Source: Syntrophales bacterium (lineage in GTDB: Bacteria; Desulfobacterota; Syntrophia; Syntrophales; UBA2210). Taken from it: DNA of 64,000 nt. A program made the position numbers and the translations under genes. The notes below the pieces were generated by a model that was not told the origin of the DNA, did no database searches, and saw only the letters and a list, made by a program, of their open reading frames with translations. The stretch is from NCBI GenBank assembly GCA_963666365.2, contig CAXXNF010000002.1:416001-480000 (forward strand), given 5' to 3'. This document shows positions 46,013 through 56,480 of the stretch, piece by piece. The number at the start of each line of letters is the position of its first letter. Position 1 is the stretch's first letter.

Positions 46013-47869
46013 ATGAATATAAGAAAACAAAAATATGTCCGCACTGATCACAAGGCATCCTCGCTCAAGGAGTGCCGGAAGCTTCAATATCTTGACGGAA
46101 GACAGTTTAAGGAGTCGATCATCGCATCGGCCCTGCGTATCAGTGAAATGGAACATTACCTGAATAAAATTAACGTGTATCCCGTACCTGACGGAGATAC
46201 GGGAACCAACATGGCCGCGACTATGGACAGCATCGTCGAAGGGGCCAGGCGATGCGAGCAGGGCTCTTTCGGAGAAATAAGCGGAGTTATCGCGGATTCC
46301 GCATTTATGGGTGCGCAGGGAAACTCCGGAGTAATTCTGGCCCAGTTTTTTCAAGGACTTGCTGAATCAACGAAAGGGAAAATTCAACTTTCCACCAGGG
46401 CCTTCGCCGCAGCGGCCATTGATGCGGTGAATCAGGCCAGACGATCTATTTCTGCACCGCGGGAAGGGACCATAATCACGGTGATGAAAGACTGGGCCGA
46501 TTATCTCAGTGAATGCGCGCATCAAACCCAGGATTTCGTTGAGCTCCTGAGGGAGTCTCTTAAAAGAGCGAAGGATTCTCTTGCCGATACCCCGAACCTG
46601 TTAGTGGAGTTAAAAAAAGCGGGTGTAGTGGACGCGGGCGGTCAAGGTTTTGTCAATCTTCTGGAAGGGATGGTTGATTTTATAGAATCGGGACGCGTAA
46701 AGGCATTTAAAATCGGTACGCAAGTGGCAAGAAAAGTGCGGGAAGCTGCATCCGGGTCAGTACATGCGGACATTACATTTCGCTATTGCACACAATGTCT
46801 TATCGAGGGGGACGCTATCAATCGCGATGAGGTTCGCCGCGCCATCGAAGACATGGGCAACTCATTGATCGTTGTAGGTTCGAAAAGCAAGGTTCGCATT
46901 CATATACACACCAATGAACCTGACAGGGTGTTTGCCGCTGTTGCCTCCTACGGGGCGGTGTCGAAAAAGAACGTGGACGATATGCAGGCGCAGCATGAAA
47001 CAGTGGTTGCATCCACATCCGCAAAAGTTGCCCTCGTGACCGATTCAACCTGTGACCTTCCCCCGGAAATATTCCAGGCCTGCGATATCCATGTGGTGCC
47101 TCTGACGCTTCAGATCGGGAAGAATAGCTATCTCGACCGTGTGGAAATAGGAACCACCGAATTTTATGCGGCACTCAAAAGCACCAAAGAAAAACTTTCC
47201 ACATCCCAGCCTTCACCACGACAGTTTATCCAGGTGTATGAAAAGCTGGCGCCGGTCTACGAGTCGATAGTATCTATTCACATTTCTGAAAAACTGAGCG
47301 GAACCATCGGGGGCGCCCGTTCTGCAAGCCGAGTGAATGGTTTACAAGACAAGGTTCATGTAATCGACAGCAAGACAAGTTCCGCGGCAATGGGGTTGAT
47401 TGCCCACGAGGCCTGCCGGTTGATAAAAAGCGGACTGGATGTGAAAGAGATTGTGCGCCGCATTGAAGGATTGGTGAATAATACAAAAATATTCATCAAT
47501 TTGCCTACGCTGAAGTATGCCATGCGAAGCGGACGGGTGACAAAAACAAAAGGGATTATCGGCACGCTTCTTAATATACGACCCGTGCTCACGGTCGATG
47601 CGGAAGGGCGGGTGGTTGAGATTAAAAAAGTGCTGGGACGCAGGAAGGTAATTCGAAAGACCCTGGAGCTTGCCGTTCAATATGCACGGACCTGCTGTAA
47701 CCCGCGATTCGGTGTGGTGCATGTGCTTGAGCCGCGCCTGGCGGCGTGGTATAAAAATGAATTGAAATCAATGTTTATGACGGAGGATATTTTAGTGATG
47801 GATGCATCGCCGGTGCTCGGACTGCATGTCGGCATAGGAAGCACGGCGATCGCGGTACTGGGAAGATAA
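46013..47869 (+). CDS. DAK2-DegV fusion (fatty acid kinase FakA/FakB-like)
   Basis: INVYPVPDGDTGTNM and VVDAGG, followed by VTDSTCDL, STSQPS and LGLHVG. Confidence 0.92.
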   Translation: MNIRKQKYVRTDHKASSLKECRKLQYLDGRQFKESIIASALRISEMEHYLNKINVYPVPDGDTGTNMAATMDSIVEGARRCEQGSFGEISGVIADSAFMGAQGNSGVILAQFFQGLAESTKGKIQLSTRAFAAAAIDAVNQARRSISAPREGTIITVMKDWADYLSECAHQTQDFVELLRESLKRAKDSLADTPNLLVELKKAGVVDAGGQGFVNLLEGMVDFIESGRVKAFKIGTQVARKVREAASGSVHADITFRYCTQCLIEGDAINRDEVRRAIEDMGNSLIVVGSKSKVRIHIHTNEPDRVFAAVASYGAVSKKNVDDMQAQHETVVASTSAKVALVTDSTCDLPPEIFQACDIHVVPLTLQIGKNSYLDRVEIGTTEFYAALKSTKEKLSTSQPSPRQFIQVYEKLAPVYESIVSIHISEKLSGTIGGARSASRVNGLQDKVHVIDSKTSSAAMGLIAHEACRLIKSGLDVKEIVRRIEGLVNNTKIFINLPTLKYAMRSGRVTKTKGIIGTLLNIRPVLTVDAEGRVVEIKKVLGRRKVIRKTLELAVQYARTCCNPRFGVVHVLEPRLAAWYKNELKSMFMTEDILVMDASPVLGLHVGIGSTAIAVLGR

Positions 47870-47949
47870 AAGAACCGGCGGTATAATCCCATGCGGGAGA
47901 ATGGACGGATTATGGAGCGCCTGAACGTGACTGCTGTAATCAATCTGTT

Positions 47950-49188
47950 ATGGAGACAGTAATGAATGATCTCATTCATGGAGAACCTGCGCCACAGAAA
48001 GAAGAAGACCTCTATCGTCTGCTGGTAGAAAATGCAAATGAGGCCATATATGTGACGCAAAACGGAAGACTGCTCTACACAAACCCGAAATCATTTGAAA
48101 TATCAGGTTATTCAGAGGAAGAGCTCACCGAGAGATCGTTTGTCGATCTCATCCATCCGGAAGACAGGCAGCTGGTGTATGAACGGCACATACGTCGAAT
48201 GCGTGGAGAAAAATTCGTCAATGTTTACAGTCACCGTATTATTGACAAGCAGGGGAATGTCAGGTGGTTGGAAATCAATGTCGTCCGCATCATGTGGAAC
48301 AATGAACCGGCAATACTTAACTTTGCGAGTGACATCACGGACAGGAAACAGGCGGAAGACGCCTTGAGCGAAAGCGAAGAGCGCTACAGATTTCTTTTTC
48401 ACTCCGCACCAGCCGGAGTATTTTACTATGACACTGCGCTAAAGATTATGGAAGCAAACGACACCTTCGTTTCCATTCTTGGAGCGAAAAAAAGCGCACT
48501 TTTTGGTCTGGATCTGAATAAATCGCGCGACAAAACAATCATTCCCTGTCTCATGATGCCGCTGAAAGGCAAAGAGTGCAGCTACGAGGGATGGTTAAGG
48601 CCATATATGAACTCGCATGAAATGTGGGTCTTGGTGCGTGCAGCCCCGCTTTACGGGAAAGGTCGAAAAATCACCGGCGGGATTGGCATTATCCAGGATA
48701 TGACCTACAGCAAAAAGGCGGAAGAGGAGTTAAAAAATCATGAACAGGAGATAAAAATAAAATCCCGTCATCTCGAGGAGGCGAATGCGGCCCTGCGGGT
48801 GCTTCTGCGGCACCGGGATGAAGATCGCCTGGATCTCCAGCGCAACGTGATTTCAAATATTCGTGAACTGGTAATGCCCTATGTCGACAAATTAAAATAC
48901 AGACTTTCGGATACGGAAAATAGAGCACTCGTTGATATCCTGGAAACGAATTTACGCGATGTTTCGTCTCCTTTCCTGAGAAACATGACCCTGAGTCAAT
49001 ACCACCTCACTCCCAAGGAAATACAGGTTGCGAATCTGATTCGGGAAGGAAAGTCGACGAAGGATATCGCGCGAATGATGCACTTGTCGACACGATCCGT
49101 CGAATACCATCGAGATAAGATACGGAACAGAATTGGATTGAAAAATCAAAAAGTCAACCTTCGATCCTATCTATTAACACTCTCATAA
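47950..49188 (+). CDS. PAS-domain LuxR-family transcriptional regulator
   Basis: Two PAS domains and a C-terminal LTPKEIQVANLIREGKSTKDIA HTH. Confidence 0.92.
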   Translation: METVMNDLIHGEPAPQKEEDLYRLLVENANEAIYVTQNGRLLYTNPKSFEISGYSEEELTERSFVDLIHPEDRQLVYERHIRRMRGEKFVNVYSHRIIDKQGNVRWLEINVVRIMWNNEPAILNFASDITDRKQAEDALSESEERYRFLFHSAPAGVFYYDTALKIMEANDTFVSILGAKKSALFGLDLNKSRDKTIIPCLMMPLKGKECSYEGWLRPYMNSHEMWVLVRAAPLYGKGRKITGGIGIIQDMTYSKKAEEELKNHEQEIKIKSRHLEEANAALRVLLRHRDEDRLDLQRNVISNIRELVMPYVDKLKYRLSDTENRALVDILETNLRDVSSPFLRNMTLSQYHLTPKEIQVANLIREGKSTKDIARMMHLSTRSVEYHRDKIRNRIGLKNQKVNLRSYLLTLS

Positions 49189-49396
49189 TACTGGTTTTAA
49201 GTGATATTTATACCGTATTCATTCAGTATTGCCATTTCTGTTTTTTATACTAAAATCTGCTTGACTCTGCGTGACATGACAGGGGCTGCTCGCCGGGGCG
49301 AGAGCGACTGGAACCTGCGATGCGCAGGGTAGACGCACGTATAGACCACAGGCAGGAATCACGAGACGAGCTACTAAAAAAAGGAGACGAGACGCA

Positions 49397-49627
49397 ATGG
49401 TCCAGTTAATCAAATCTATGGCGGAGGCGTTGGTTGGCAATCCTGGTGATGTGCAGGTACTGGAAACACGGGGAGGGCAGACGGCGGTATATGAATTGTC
49501 CGTGGCAAAGGAAGATCTTGGAAGAATCATAGGCAAACGTGGGCAAACGGTGAAATCCATGCGCACCATTCTCAACGCTGTTTCTTCGAAGAGCAATAAA
49601 AAGGTGCTGTTGGAAATTGTAGAATAA
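49397..49627 (+). CDS. KH-domain RNA-binding protein (KhpA-like)
   Basis: DLGRIIGKRGQT motif. Confidence 0.9.
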   Translation: MVQLIKSMAEALVGNPGDVQVLETRGGQTAVYELSVAKEDLGRIIGKRGQTVKSMRTILNAVSSKSNKKVLLEIVE

Positions 49628-49761
49628 GGGCGCCGGATCATTCTATTTACCCCACTGTCTGATTTGCACGCCTGCGGTGCGAGGATGATCCCTCATTTTA
49701 CATTTGCCTGAAATTCAGTTATGTGTGCAGATGATGGAAGGCGTAAAAAGGGGGGTGCTCC

Positions 49762-51732
49762 ATGATTGAAGCTGCAGGGAATGACCATTCACTGGAATGG
49801 GCGTTGTCAAGAGAGTGGATTGAAACGAATGGGCTTGGCGGATATGCCTCAAGCACGATTGCACACTGTCATACCAGAAAGTATCACGGACTGTTTGTAG
49901 CCAATCTTCACGGTCAAGGGGGGAGACATGTGCTTCTTTCAAAGGTTGAAGATTCTGTGTGCACTGAAGAGGGGGAATTTCACCTTTCCATTCATAAATA
50001 TCCAATGGTGTATTTCCCCAGTCCCGAACAGGAGCTGCCGCATTTTACCTACCTGTTATATCCACGATTTATCTACAGAACCGGATCAGCCAGCGTAACA
50101 AAGGAACTCATGCTTGTTGAAGGAGAAGACACCCTTCTCCTGCGGTATTCCTTTGAAAATTATGAAACCCCGGTCAGATTAAGAATTAGACCGCTCTGTG
50201 CGTTCCGTCGAATACATGCACTGACCCATGAAAACGATTATCTGGATCCGGGCACTGCAAAAACCGGGGAAGGCTTCTCAATTGAACCCTACCGAGGAAT
50301 GCCGCGTCTGTTTTTCAGGTGTAACAAAGCGATAAGATTGCTGAACGATTTCGATTGGTACAGGAATTTCGAGTATCTTGCCGAAAAAGAACGAGGATAT
50401 GATTATCGGGAAGACCTCTTTATGCCGGGAACCATCGAATGTACGCTCGATGCGGGGGATGAGCTGCTGTTGTGCCTGTCGCTCGATGAAAAGGGAGACA
50501 TAGAAGGATTGTGGAAGGGAGAAGCGCAACGGCGCCGGAAGCGATTTCGCAAAACCGAGGGGGGCGCCTTGGAGAAAACCCGCTTCTTCGTTCAGACCGT
50601 ATCAAATTCCGCACAGGCATTTATCATTCGCAACGCCCGCAAAACGCCGGCTATTGTTGCAGGGTACCACTGGTTTTATGTGTGGGGAAGGGATACTCTG
50701 ATCAGTCTTCCCGGGTTGACTCTTTACAGGGGCAGGCGGAGAGAGGCGGTAGAGATATTGAAGAATATCGGCGCGCTCAGAAAAAACGGGCTTATCCCGA
50801 ATTTTGTAGCCGAAGAGGGAGAGGCGCGAGCCTATAATTCAGTCGACGCGTCGCTGTGGTATTTTTGGTGCGTTCAGGAATTGTTAAAGCACACTGGTGA
50901 TTTCAATCTGATCGTCCGACACTTCCTCCCCGTGATGAGGGATATTGCAGAGTGCTATCTGCGTGGCATTCCCGGGGCGGTCGTTCACCATGAGAGCGGA
51001 TTGATATGCGCGGGAGATGCCTCGACACAACTTACCTGGATGGATGCATCCGTCAGGGGCGTACCCGTGACGCCCCGCTCTGGATGTCCCGTTGAAGTAA
51101 ATGCGCTTTGGTTTAACGCGCTTTCCTTTCTCGGAGAACTGTCCCGCGAAATCAACCTGACTGTGCAGTTCGATCTGGATCGAGAAATTGAAAGAACAAA
51201 AAAATCCTTTAACGAGCTATTTTGGAGTGAACGTACACAATGCCTTGCCGATGTCTGGATGCCCCGGACGGACTCGCGTGATGAATCTGTGCGGCCCAAC
51301 CAGGTATTTGCAGTATCATTGCCTCATTCACCTCTGGATCTTGAAAGAGCCCGGCTGGTCATGAAAAAAGTCACCGGCGAACTGTTCACCCCTTACGGGT
51401 TGCGCACACTCTCTCCCCGTGATTCCCGATATCGAGGCGCCTGTGAGGGATCGGCGGAATCGAGGGATGCAGCCTATCACCAGGGGACAGTCTGGCCGTG
51501 GCTTCTGGGGCACTATAGCGAGGGGGTGCTGAAAACATCCGAGCACAGAGAAGACGCGAGAAATGAATTACTGAAAATAATTTCCGCCCTGGAGGCGCAC
51601 CTGTACGATGGCGGTATGGGACATATTTCCGAAATATTCGACGGCGACTACCCTCATTGCCCGAGGGGATGCATCGCCCAGGCCTGGAGCAGTGCGGAGT
51701 TGCTGCGACTGTGCGCACTTCTGGAAGTCTGA
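49762..51732 (+). CDS. Glycogen debranching enzyme (amylo-alpha-1,6-glucosidase)
   Basis: EWIETNGLGGYAS, AGYHWF..WGRDT, YHQGTVWPW and AQAWS. Confidence 0.93.
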   Translation: MIEAAGNDHSLEWALSREWIETNGLGGYASSTIAHCHTRKYHGLFVANLHGQGGRHVLLSKVEDSVCTEEGEFHLSIHKYPMVYFPSPEQELPHFTYLLYPRFIYRTGSASVTKELMLVEGEDTLLLRYSFENYETPVRLRIRPLCAFRRIHALTHENDYLDPGTAKTGEGFSIEPYRGMPRLFFRCNKAIRLLNDFDWYRNFEYLAEKERGYDYREDLFMPGTIECTLDAGDELLLCLSLDEKGDIEGLWKGEAQRRRKRFRKTEGGALEKTRFFVQTVSNSAQAFIIRNARKTPAIVAGYHWFYVWGRDTLISLPGLTLYRGRRREAVEILKNIGALRKNGLIPNFVAEEGEARAYNSVDASLWYFWCVQELLKHTGDFNLIVRHFLPVMRDIAECYLRGIPGAVVHHESGLICAGDASTQLTWMDASVRGVPVTPRSGCPVEVNALWFNALSFLGELSREINLTVQFDLDREIERTKKSFNELFWSERTQCLADVWMPRTDSRDESVRPNQVFAVSLPHSPLDLERARLVMKKVTGELFTPYGLRTLSPRDSRYRGACEGSAESRDAAYHQGTVWPWLLGHYSEGVLKTSEHREDARNELLKIISALEAHLYDGGMGHISEIFDGDYPHCPRGCIAQAWSSAELLRLCALLEV

Positions 51733-51801
51733 TGCGCCGGCGGTGTGGTACGGATCGCACCGATGACGTCTATTGATCGAACGGACCTTGCGTCGCCCCT
51801 T

Positions 51802-52530
51802 TCAGGCGGGAAACGGGGGTTCCGTAATGGAATGCTTTTGGAGGATGAAAAGATGGGCGATGCCCCAGAAAAGCTGTCGGGAATGCCGGATGAGATATCC
51901 ATGATGCTGCATCAACTCCTTGAGTTCATCGGGTGAAGAAAAACCCAGAACGGAGTCGCATAAATATCGGTATGCCTTGTTGTTGCCGGACATATGACCG
52001 CCGATAAGGGGAAGCAGTTGCGTGAAATATGCCATATAAAGCCGACGGAGAAGAGAATTGGAGGGCAGGGAAAATTCAAGGACCGCCACTCGGCCCTCCT
52101 CGGCAAGCACACGAAACACCTCGTCGAGAAAGTCTTCCACCCGGATCATGTTGCGGATGCCAAAGGCCACCATTGCGCGATCGAAGACGCCGTCCCTGAA
52201 GGGTAATCTGAGGGCGTCTCCCCTGATAAAAAGGGCCCGGTCGGCAAATCCCCCTCGATCCATCTTGGGTGCGGCGATTGAAAGCATTTCGCCCGATAGA
52301 TCCACTCCCGCGACAGTGCAACGCGCCTTCGAGAGCGCGAGCAGCGCCAGGTCGCCCGTTCCCGTGGCAATATCAAGTACCCGATGGCCGTCCTTCACGT
52401 CAAGAAATCGAATGGCGCTTCGTCTCCACACCTGGTCCGTAGAGAGGGATAAAATTCTGTTCAATCTGTCATAGGTGGCTGCAATTCCGTCGAACATGCC
52501 GCCTATTGTCGAAGGTTCTTTGTCGAGCAT
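51802..52530 (-). CDS. ubiE: UbiE/MenG quinone biosynthesis methyltransferase
   Basis: MFDGIAATYDRLN, LDIATGTGD and AFGIRN. Confidence 0.9.
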   Translation of the reverse strand: MLDKEPSTIGGMFDGIAATYDRLNRILSLSTDQVWRRSAIRFLDVKDGHRVLDIATGTGDLALLALSKARCTVAGVDLSGEMLSIAAPKMDRGGFADRALFIRGDALRLPFRDGVFDRAMVAFGIRNMIRVEDFLDEVFRVLAEEGRVAVLEFSLPSNSLLRRLYMAYFTQLLPLIGGHMSGNNKAYRYLCDSVLGFSSPDELKELMQHHGYLIRHSRQLFWGIAHLFILQKHSITEPPFPA

Positions 52531-52637
52531 TCTGTGATGAAAGTACCCTTGGCCGGGGTGAATGTCCGAGCCGGTGTACTCCTGAATATTTTTGCCCCTC
52601 TATAAATCTATGGGCAGTTCCGGTCAACCTTTTTTTG

Positions 52638-52672
52638 CTGATCGACCCTCTCTGCCAGAGAGGGTCGATCAG
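52638..52672. repeat. Perfect inverted repeat with 17-bp arms
   Basis: ctgatcgaccctctctg-c-cagagagggtcgatcag between the divergent ubiE and padR genes. Confidence 0.85.
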
Positions 52673-52799
52673 GAAGGAGGCACATCAAAAAAATGCGAGA
52701 CACGCTCAAGATGAGCTTGACAAATATTTTTCAGTAATATACTTTCTCGCACACTATAGTCATAGAAAAGTAGTTGCTGGAGAGTATAGAGAGCAGCAG

Positions 52800-53330
52800 A
52801 TGGATACAGGAATGATGATTCTCGGCTTTCTCATGTCAGGGCCGAAAACAGGATACAAAATACGTCGTATTACCGGCAAGTTAATGATGGCCTATAACCT
52901 GAGCCTGAATCAGATTTATCCGGCGTTGAGAAAACTCGAATCCACGGGTCTGGTAAAAAAGGAGGTGGTTTTTCAAACGGGGAAACCGAACAAGCACGTC
53001 TACACCATAACGCCGGAAGGGCGAGATGCCTTTGAGAAAAAACTGAAAGGACCCCCGATTCCTGTGGACTATGAGCTTGACTTTCTTACGCGAATGTTTT
53101 TTTTCCGATTCCTTGATAAGGATGAGATCGTGCGGCAGTTCGAGCAGGAAATCAGCTCTCTCGATGAGCAGCTTGAGGATCTTGACCAGATCAAACCTGA
53201 ATCAGAGCGTGAAGGGGACGAGAACGGGCGGTTTATTTTCTCGACCATTGTGAGCATGATAGAAATGCTGAAGGACAGATACGCGGCTGAACTTGAAAGA
53301 CGGAAGAAAAAAATGACGATGCACACGTAG
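52800..53330 (+). CDS. PadR-family transcriptional regulator
   Basis: ILGFL..GPKTGY...QIYPALRKLE...KHVYTITPEG. Confidence 0.92.
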   Translation: MDTGMMILGFLMSGPKTGYKIRRITGKLMMAYNLSLNQIYPALRKLESTGLVKKEVVFQTGKPNKHVYTITPEGRDAFEKKLKGPPIPVDYELDFLTRMFFFRFLDKDEIVRQFEQEISSLDEQLEDLDQIKPESEREGDENGRFIFSTIVSMIEMLKDRYAAELERRKKKMTMHT

Positions 53331-53386
53331 ACACTCAGATGTCCTACGGTTGCAGAACGATCTACCAGTACCAGTGGGAGGGATGT

Positions 53387-54829
53387 ATGGAAAGGTTTTT
53401 CAGTCCTCGATCCGTTGCGGTTATCGGCGCTTCAAACAAGGCGTTCAACCTCGCTGCAACAATCTGCGGCGTTCTGAAATCCATAGACTACGAGGGATCA
53501 GTCTATGCCGTCAATAAAAAAGCCGAATCCGTGCACGGGTATCCCGGCTATGCGTCCGTGCTGGATGTGCCCGGCGATGTCGATCTTGCAGTGATTTTAA
53601 TTGCCGCGTCCTACGTGCCTCAGGTGGCGCGAGAGTGCGGTGAAAAAGGGATCAAGAATCTTATTGTGGAAAGTGCGGGGTTTGCTGAAGGAGGGGCCGA
53701 AGGGGGCAAGCTTCAGCACGAGTTGAATGAACTTGCAAAGAGCTATGGCATTCGCTACATGGGGCCAAACTGTCTTGGGGTGATGAGCACCCATGATCGG
53801 TTCTGCTGCTTTTTTGGAATGACGTCGGGTATGGATCATCAGAGTGTGATGCGACAGGGGGGTATTTCCTACGTGATTCAAAGCGGCGGCGTCGGCGGCC
53901 TCGTCATGGAGTCGCTTGATTCGGACGTGGTGGGACTTAACAAGGTGGTCTGCATCGGGAACAAGGCCGATGTGGATGAAGCCGATCTTGTCGATTATTT
54001 CGGAAGCGACAGGACCGAAGTAATCTGTATGTACCTTGAAAATGTCGCCAAGGGGCGTAAATTTTTCGAATCTGCACGAAAATCGACAAAACCGATTCTT
54101 GTCTATAAGGTAGGGAGAACGAGGGAAGGCGCCCGTGCCGCTACCTCTCATACGGCCGGAATGGCAAATAACGATGTCATATTTGACAGAGCATGCAGAC
54201 AATCGGGAATTATTCGTCTGAAATCAATATCCGAACTTTACTCGCTCCCCAAAATGTTTGTTTCGATGCCGCTCCTGAAGGGCAGGAGGATTGCGATATT
54301 TACCAACTCGGGTGCCTTTGGAGGGATCACGGCCGACTTTATCGTTGACGCAGGGTTGCAGATGGCACGACTCGGGGCCGGAACAAAAGAAAAACTTCAA
54401 AAGGCGGGTCAGCTTTTCAACGCCTCAAATCCTGTCGACCTTGGACCGGGACTTTCGAAGCAGAGCTATCTTGATATTTATGAAATTCTTTTATCCGCCC
54501 CGGAGGTGGACGGACTGATGCCCATCCCCAGTGTCTGGCAGGACTTCATCATCGATTCCATGGCGGATCTTATGGAAATATGTAAGAAGCATCAAAAACC
54601 GGCGGCGATTTATGTTCCCAACGCGCTGAAGAGGATTATCTCGATACGAAGCGAACGGCAGATTCCCATTTTTGAATCACCGGAGGAGGCAGTGCGCGCA
54701 CTGTCGGTCTCGTATCAGTATTATCGCGCCCACTCACGGCATGCTGTAAGAAACATCGATGAAGCGTCCCATGAGGGACAAGGGGGTTCTCACTACTTAT
54801 TACAGGAAAAGGAAGCCAAGGTGGCGTGA
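53387..54829 (+). CDS. ADP-forming acyl-CoA synthetase alpha-type subunit (CoA-binding)
   Basis: FSPRSVAVIGAS, GPNCLG, QSGG and SHTAG. Confidence 0.88.
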   Translation: MERFFSPRSVAVIGASNKAFNLAATICGVLKSIDYEGSVYAVNKKAESVHGYPGYASVLDVPGDVDLAVILIAASYVPQVARECGEKGIKNLIVESAGFAEGGAEGGKLQHELNELAKSYGIRYMGPNCLGVMSTHDRFCCFFGMTSGMDHQSVMRQGGISYVIQSGGVGGLVMESLDSDVVGLNKVVCIGNKADVDEADLVDYFGSDRTEVICMYLENVAKGRKFFESARKSTKPILVYKVGRTREGARAATSHTAGMANNDVIFDRACRQSGIIRLKSISELYSLPKMFVSMPLLKGRRIAIFTNSGAFGGITADFIVDAGLQMARLGAGTKEKLQKAGQLFNASNPVDLGPGLSKQSYLDIYEILLSAPEVDGLMPIPSVWQDFIIDSMADLMEICKKHQKPAAIYVPNALKRIISIRSERQIPIFESPEEAVRALSVSYQYYRAHSRHAVRNIDEASHEGQGGSHYLLQEKEAKVA

Positions 54830-54881
54830 GCATGCAGTTGTTTGAAGAGTGCCTGCATGCGATGACACATCGGAGGGAGCG

Positions 54882-56459
54882 ATGAAAATAAGCCGTGTCG
54901 AAGAAATGAGGGAATTGGACAGAGGCGCCGTCTCGATATACGGAATCGACGAAATCCTGTTGATGGAAAATGCCGGCGAATCCACCTATTTTGTCATTGC
55001 AAACGAGATGGGCGGCGTGTGCGGAAAAAAGTATGTGGTGCTGTGCGGGGCGGGCAACAATGGCGGTGACGGCTGTGTGGTTGCACGCAAGCTTCACTCC
55101 GGCGGCGGGCGCGTGAAGGTAATTCTGCTTGCCGATCCCGCGAAATTCAGCGGTATTGCGAGAAAGAATCTTGAAATAGTCGAAAAGCTGTCCATCGAAA
55201 TCATTACACACAGTGCTGCTGCGGAGGTGGCGCGCCATATTGCCGAATCCGATGCAGTGGTCGATGCAATCTTCGGAACGGGATTAACGCGTGAAGTAGG
55301 AGGCATCTACGCCGATGTGGTGCGACTTGTCAATGCCGGCAATGCACCCGTCTTCTGTGTGGATATTCCTTCGGGCATAGCGGGTGATACGGGAAAAATT
55401 ATGGGGGTGGCGATAAAGGGAACCTGCACCGTCACCTATGGTCTTCCCAAAATCGGTGCTATGCTCTATCCCGGATATGAATACTGTGGAAAGCTCTTCG
55501 TAAGTCACATATCTTTTCCCCCCTGTCATTATGACGGCGATCATATCAAATGCGCCGTGAACGACCCTCCCGCACTCCCGCAGAGGGTGGCAAGCGGACA
55601 TAAAGGAGATTTCGGAAAGGCGCTTTTTATTGCCGGCGCTGCTGCCTATTACGGTGCACCCTATCTGTCGTCATTGGCATTTCTTCGCGCAGGAGGGGGA
55701 TATGCACGATTGGCAACCCCGAAATCCCTTGCACCCTGCATTGCGGGCAGGGGTTATGAGATTGTATTCCTCCCGCAGGAAGAAACGGCGGCGGGAAGCA
55801 TCGCCCGCGGTAATGCCGATGCACTTCTTGAGCAGGCGGATCAGTCGGATTTTGTGGTAATAGGACCTGGGTTGTCGCTTGCGGAAGATACACAGAAGCT
55901 GGTGCGGGAACTCGTACCGCTCATCAACACGCCACTGCTCCTGGACGGAGACGGCATTACCGCTGTTTGTAGAGATCTTGAAATCATAAAAAAACGAAAA
56001 GCGCCTACCATCTTAACACCGCACCTCGGCGAAATGTCGCGAATAACGGGAATCCCGGCGAAAGAAATCGACGAGCGCAAGGTTGACGTGCTGCAGCAGT
56101 CGACTGACGCATTGCAGTCGATAATTGTTCTGAAGGGCGCCCACTCTCTGATAGGCATGCCTGACGGGCGTGTATATGTGAACCTGAGCGGGAATTCAGG
56201 GATGGCGACCGCAGGTTCGGGCGACGTCTTGACAGGCGCCATCGCCGCGATGTTCGGTCTCGGATTGAATGTGGAAGATGCCGCGAAAAAGGGCGTATTC
56301 ATCCATGGCTGTGCCGGCGATCTTGCAGCGACGGTTTTGGGGCAAGATGGCATGACGGCACAGGACATACTCGACTATCTGCCCCGGGCGGTCAAAGGGG
56401 ACAGGGAAGGTTTTGATGAGACGCAGTGCCGGCGGTACAAGGGGCCGATTGTGGTATGA
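54882..56459 (+). CDS. nnr: Bifunctional NAD(P)H-hydrate epimerase/dehydratase
   Basis: LMENAG, GNNGGDG, HKGDFG, ILTPH.GE and GSGDVL. Confidence 0.95.
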   Translation: MKISRVEEMRELDRGAVSIYGIDEILLMENAGESTYFVIANEMGGVCGKKYVVLCGAGNNGGDGCVVARKLHSGGGRVKVILLADPAKFSGIARKNLEIVEKLSIEIITHSAAAEVARHIAESDAVVDAIFGTGLTREVGGIYADVVRLVNAGNAPVFCVDIPSGIAGDTGKIMGVAIKGTCTVTYGLPKIGAMLYPGYEYCGKLFVSHISFPPCHYDGDHIKCAVNDPPALPQRVASGHKGDFGKALFIAGAAAYYGAPYLSSLAFLRAGGGYARLATPKSLAPCIAGRGYEIVFLPQEETAAGSIARGNADALLEQADQSDFVVIGPGLSLAEDTQKLVRELVPLINTPLLLDGDGITAVCRDLEIIKKRKAPTILTPHLGEMSRITGIPAKEIDERKVDVLQQSTDALQSIIVLKGAHSLIGMPDGRVYVNLSGNSGMATAGSGDVLTGAIAAMFGLGLNVEDAAKKGVFIHGCAGDLAATVLGQDGMTAQDILDYLPRAVKGDREGFDETQCRRYKGPIVV

Positions 56460-56480
56460 CAGGGTGTCGGCACGTTCTTA

